DNA of 64,000 bases from the NCBI RefSeq assembly GCF_032191835.1, contig NC_083236.1:24986001-25050000 (forward strand). The letters are read 5' to 3'. Position 1 is the stretch's first letter. Each line of letters begins with the position of its first letter. Below, piece after piece: positions 60,368 through 64,000 of the stretch. The notes below the pieces were generated by a model. It searched no databases and was not told the DNA's origin. It saw only the letters and a program-made list of their open reading frames with translations. The position numbers and the translations under genes were made by a program. Origin of the DNA: Heteronotia binoei. Its lineage: Eukaryota.

Positions 60368-60622
60368 AAAAATTGCACATGTTGCCAACTAGACAAAACT
60401 TCAGCGACTGGGGGAGGAAAGAGACAGAGCTGGTTTCCACCCATTGCAGTGGTAAGCAGTATGCCTCCTTATATAGACTGAGTGGAGACTAAAGTGGCAG
60501 TCTTGTCTATGAGGGCAAAGAGGAAGCACATCCACACCCTGAAGAGCCAAAGGAAAGATCATCGATGATAATACATCAGTCCTCCTCTAATTATTTTTTA
60601 TACTTATATTAAATATCCTAAC

Positions 60623-61019
60623 CAGGGCTTTTTTTGTAGCAAGAACTCCTTTGCATATTAAACCACACCTCCCTGAGATAGCCAATCCTCCTGGAGCTTA
60701 CAGTAGGCCCTATACTAAAAGCCCTGTAAGCTCTTGGAAGATTGACTACATCAGGGGGGGGTATAGTCTAATATGGGGAGGGACGGTGGCTCAGTGGTAG
60801 AGCATCTGCTTGGGAAGCAGAAGGTCCCAGGTTCAATCCCCGGCATCTCCAAAAAAGGGTCCAGGCAAATAGGTGTGAAAACCTCAGCTTGAGACCTTGG
60901 AGAGCCGCTGCCAGTCTGAGAAGACAATACTGACTTTGATGGACCAAGTGTCTGATTCAGTATAAGACAGCTTCATATGTTCAATATGCAAAGGAGTTCC
61001 TGCTACAAAAAAAGCCGTG
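60623..61019. mobile_element. Palindromic hAT-like MITE interrupted by a SINE
   Basis: TSD ATCCTAAC/ACCCTAAC. Confidence 0.85.
60776..60982 (+). mobile_element. Young tRNA-derived SINE
   Basis: A-box TGGCTCAGTGG, B-box GTTCAATCC, CATATGTTC tail; AATATG duplicated on both sides. Confidence 0.88.
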
Positions 61020-61549
61020 ACCCTAACCAATCTCATAGGGGTGTTGTGAGAATAATATGGTGGAGGGGAGAACAATATGCCTTGCCATTAGATCCTTGGA
61101 AGGAAGGTGGGATAAAAATATACCCAATAAATAAATAAGTAACATGCAAGCAAATGAGATCGAGGAGCTGCAACTGTTAGAGCCCTGCCTGGGGAAAAAA
61201 GGACAATCACAAAAATTCTTCCAAGAAAATTCCTCATTGTGTAACTGGCAAATCTGCTTCTGGCTCACGAATTTGCAAGACTACATGTAGGCAGGAATCG
61301 TCTTACTAAGTAAAGCATCTGGAAGGGATGATGTGGCTTGTTTGTTTCAGCAGTGTGCATAGGATATTATGTGTTTATAAATCATCCTCCAAATATGGCA
61401 GTTTGGGCAAAAGTGCAATCACTTAGTGCCTGGGGCTGAAAGCTGTTCAAGGCTTGGTTTAACACACAAAAGCACGGTATGCACAAGTACAACCAGTTGC
61501 TTTAGAAACAAATGCTGAGGTCCTATACCTTCAGGCAGCAGCTTTCCTT

Positions 61550-61750
61550 TTGTCTTGTTTCTGCCATGAAGTTGCATCAAGATGGCAACCTCGGAGGGTT
61601 TTCAAGGCAAGAGGCATTCTAAAGTGGTTTGTCATTGCCTGCCCTTGTGTAGCAACCCTGGACTTCCTTGGTGGTCTCCCATTCCTTGGTGGTCTCCCAG
61701 TGCTGACCCTGCTTAGTTTGCAAGACCTGATGACACTGGGCTAGCCTGGG
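61550..61750 (-). mobile_element. 5S-derived SINE
   Basis: Reverse complement of the family; small internal duplication CCTTGGTGGTCTCCC. Confidence 0.7.
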
Positions 61751-63204
61751 CTCTGCTTACAGGGTTAATATCCATGTCTTGGGTTTACAGGGTTAATATC
61801 CATTTCTTGGATTTTTAGATAAGAGTGAGTTAACTTGGTTCCAAAATGACCCTTGCAATTTAGACAGTTTGTATTATTTTAGAGACAGAAAGAAATCCAT
61901 GGTCATGCCAGTGTATCAATGAGAGCAGGAGACAACATCCGCTTAGAGAACCAGGCACATATTGCTCCCCAAAACCTCATCCACCACAAGTGGTGCCACT
62001 GTCCTGGAAGGCCAATGGAAGAATTTGTTTGGCAGGTAAAAATTTGTGATGGTTCGTGGTTTGGGAACCAAACCACGAAATGAACTGCATTTCCCAGTTT
62101 GCGCCCATCCTTGTTCAGCATTGATATGGAAAAGTGTGGAAAAACTTCTGAATTCTGAAAAATGTTTAAATTCCTCTGCCAAATTGCAATCTGTTTTGAA
62201 TCCCTACCCAAACTGAAAGAGAGCGATATGGAATTTAGAGCGTTGGATTAGGATCTTCCAAGGAAACCTGCAGGGTGATCTTCAGCTAAATTATTCTGTC
62301 TCTTTCTCTCAGCGCCAACCTACCAAACATTATTTTTGTGTGAGGGTAAAGATGTTGCGAACTGCTTTGAGTCTCCACAGAGAAAAAAGTGAGGTATAAA
62401 TCTATCTAAATTAAGTTAAATTAAATTAAAATGGTGCCTGCCCACCCCCCACCCCCCCTGCTGGAGCTGCATATGGAAACATGATTGAAAAGAAATTTTG
62501 AATTCTTAGATATGATCCAAATATAGTGTTTGCAGCAGGCAAGCAATCTCTTTCAAATGTCTCATTATATCAGAAGCAGCTCAATAAATGACACCTTGCT
62601 AATAAGATAAAAGGACAGGGCAACATTCCTTAATGAATTAGACCCTGGCTTTATACTCTGCACTGAGTTCTTTGGAGGGATGTAAGAGGTTGCAGATGGG
62701 ATTAATGTTTAAAAAGTGAGGGGGGAAATGGCTGCCCAGTTGCACTTTCTTTTGGCACAGCACAAAAAGAACTGAATCGGCAATGTTGTACTTTCAAGAC
62801 ATTATTACTTGCACGTTAGTAAACAGTCCCCAAAGTTACAGCCACTTACCGCACACAGTTTTCTTCCTGTAAACACAAAGGCATCTGGGATGTAACACAA
62901 CCCACAATTTTATTGATTTCCCCACCACCACTGTGGAAAAATTTGGCCCTGGCTGCATTTTGTTTTGGTGAATGCACAGAAGAAGATCAACAATTCCCCA
63001 CCACAACCACCTTTCAGGACATCATCATCTGCAAATTCATAGACATACGTCCCCAAAGTACCATCAGTTGCCATTGGAAACAGAAAAAAAGCTGTGGTAG
63101 ACTATCCCAATCGCTCATTAATTTTACAGTTTTCAGTGCTTAAGACTTAAGCAATGAAAGAATGAACAGGGAATTTTCTTACACTGGGATAAGAAAAGTT
63201 GCAT

Positions 63205-63575
63205 ATACTGTTATTATTGTGAATGAATTGGCACAGTCAGGTATTGACTTGTAGATGGTGTTCTGCAGTTTGAGGTCTAGCCAAGTTCTTAGGGATTGCA
63301 GATATATCTTTGCAGGATTTTTGCTGTCCCAACTAACACTGTAACAAGTAACACTGAAGCTGAGCTGGTGTTATTTGTCCAGTGACTAAAACATCCAGGT
63401 GTTTCTTGAGACTTCTAGGAACTGCTTCAAGGGCTTCGGTGACAATTGGTGTGATGCTAACCTTCTTCTCCCAGAGATGTTCTAACTCTGCTACATTTGT
63501 GATATCAGGGGTGTTACACTCCAGGTATTCGTAAGTGGAAGTCCGAAAGAATCTTTATATCATCATTCTCCATGT
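63205..63575 (-). mobile_element. R4/Dong-clade LINE 3' fragment (restriction-like endonuclease C-terminus)
   Basis: Degenerate translation ENDDIKILSDF, NTPDIT, LWEKKVSITPIV..AL.AVP..LKKHL, VGTAKILQRYI, then a TAA-type tail. Confidence 0.7.
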
Positions 63576-63639
63576 TTGTGCCCCATTTGTGCTCCCATGA
63601 ATTTCTGTCTGATGATAAACCATACTTCTTGCAAAGATT

Positions 63640-63860
63640 CCAGTGCAACATAGCTGCAACTCTATTTTGGGGGGGTGGATGGATGGGAAGTCCTCACCTG
63701 CAGGCAGAAGACAGCAACAGAAGGGGACAAACAAATATCCCTGGGCAGAGAGATCCAGAGTTTTTGGTGGCACTTCTGAGAAGGTTGTCTCCCAGGTTGC
63801 CAGCTGCCTAATCTCAGAAGGTGGGGGCACCCAAAGCAGGCCTTCTGAAGATGACTGCAA
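63640..63860 (-). mobile_element. Old L2 3' fragment
   Basis: Degenerate FS..PP.LW.SLPR...F...VKT-like block on the minus strand. Confidence 0.5.
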
Positions 63861-64000
63861 TGGTTGGGTAGGTTCAAAAGTAAAGTATTAAAGATACCAT
63901 AGCCAAGTCCTTCTTTCTGTCTGGGCGCCCTTGCTAAATCTTTCTCGGATCTTATTGTGGATATTCCAGCTCTATATTACTCCATCCCACCCCCCTCTGT

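Noticed and set aside
60776-60850. tRNA gene (also ~14720-14795)
   Set aside because: The tRNA-like part continues into a SINE body and tail repeated elsewhere in the window; there is no proper acceptor stem.
1-64000. CRISPR arrays, operons or prokaryotic defence systems
   Set aside because: The sequence is vertebrate, and there are no regularly spaced repeat-spacer arrays.

Overview
This is vertebrate genomic DNA, most likely from a gecko-like squamate (inferred from the SINE families), and it is rich in transposable elements. I could not confidently identify any host protein-coding exon. A ~2 kb CpG island (45.9-47.9 kb) holds a probable minus-strand first exon ending in a GTAAG donor, so most of the window is probably intronic or upstream of an unidentified gene. 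The main element is a nearly full-length but frameshifted Penelope-like element (Neptune-type: RT, Cys-rich linker, GIY-YIG; 55963-59650, minus). Both of its ~270-bp direct terminal repeats contain a minimal hammerhead-ribozyme core, and solo or inverted copies of related termini occur elsewhere in the window. Other notable items are a hAT MITE pair carrying a promoter-like ETS/CRE/RFX cassette plus a splice donor, palindromic Harbinger-type MITEs, a 169-bp templated insertion, and several nested insertions with target-site duplications (TSDs). L2, CR1 and R4/Dong fragments and tRNA-, 5S- and MIR-related SINEs fill the rest. All calls were read by eye with no database search; boundaries without a TSD are approximate.
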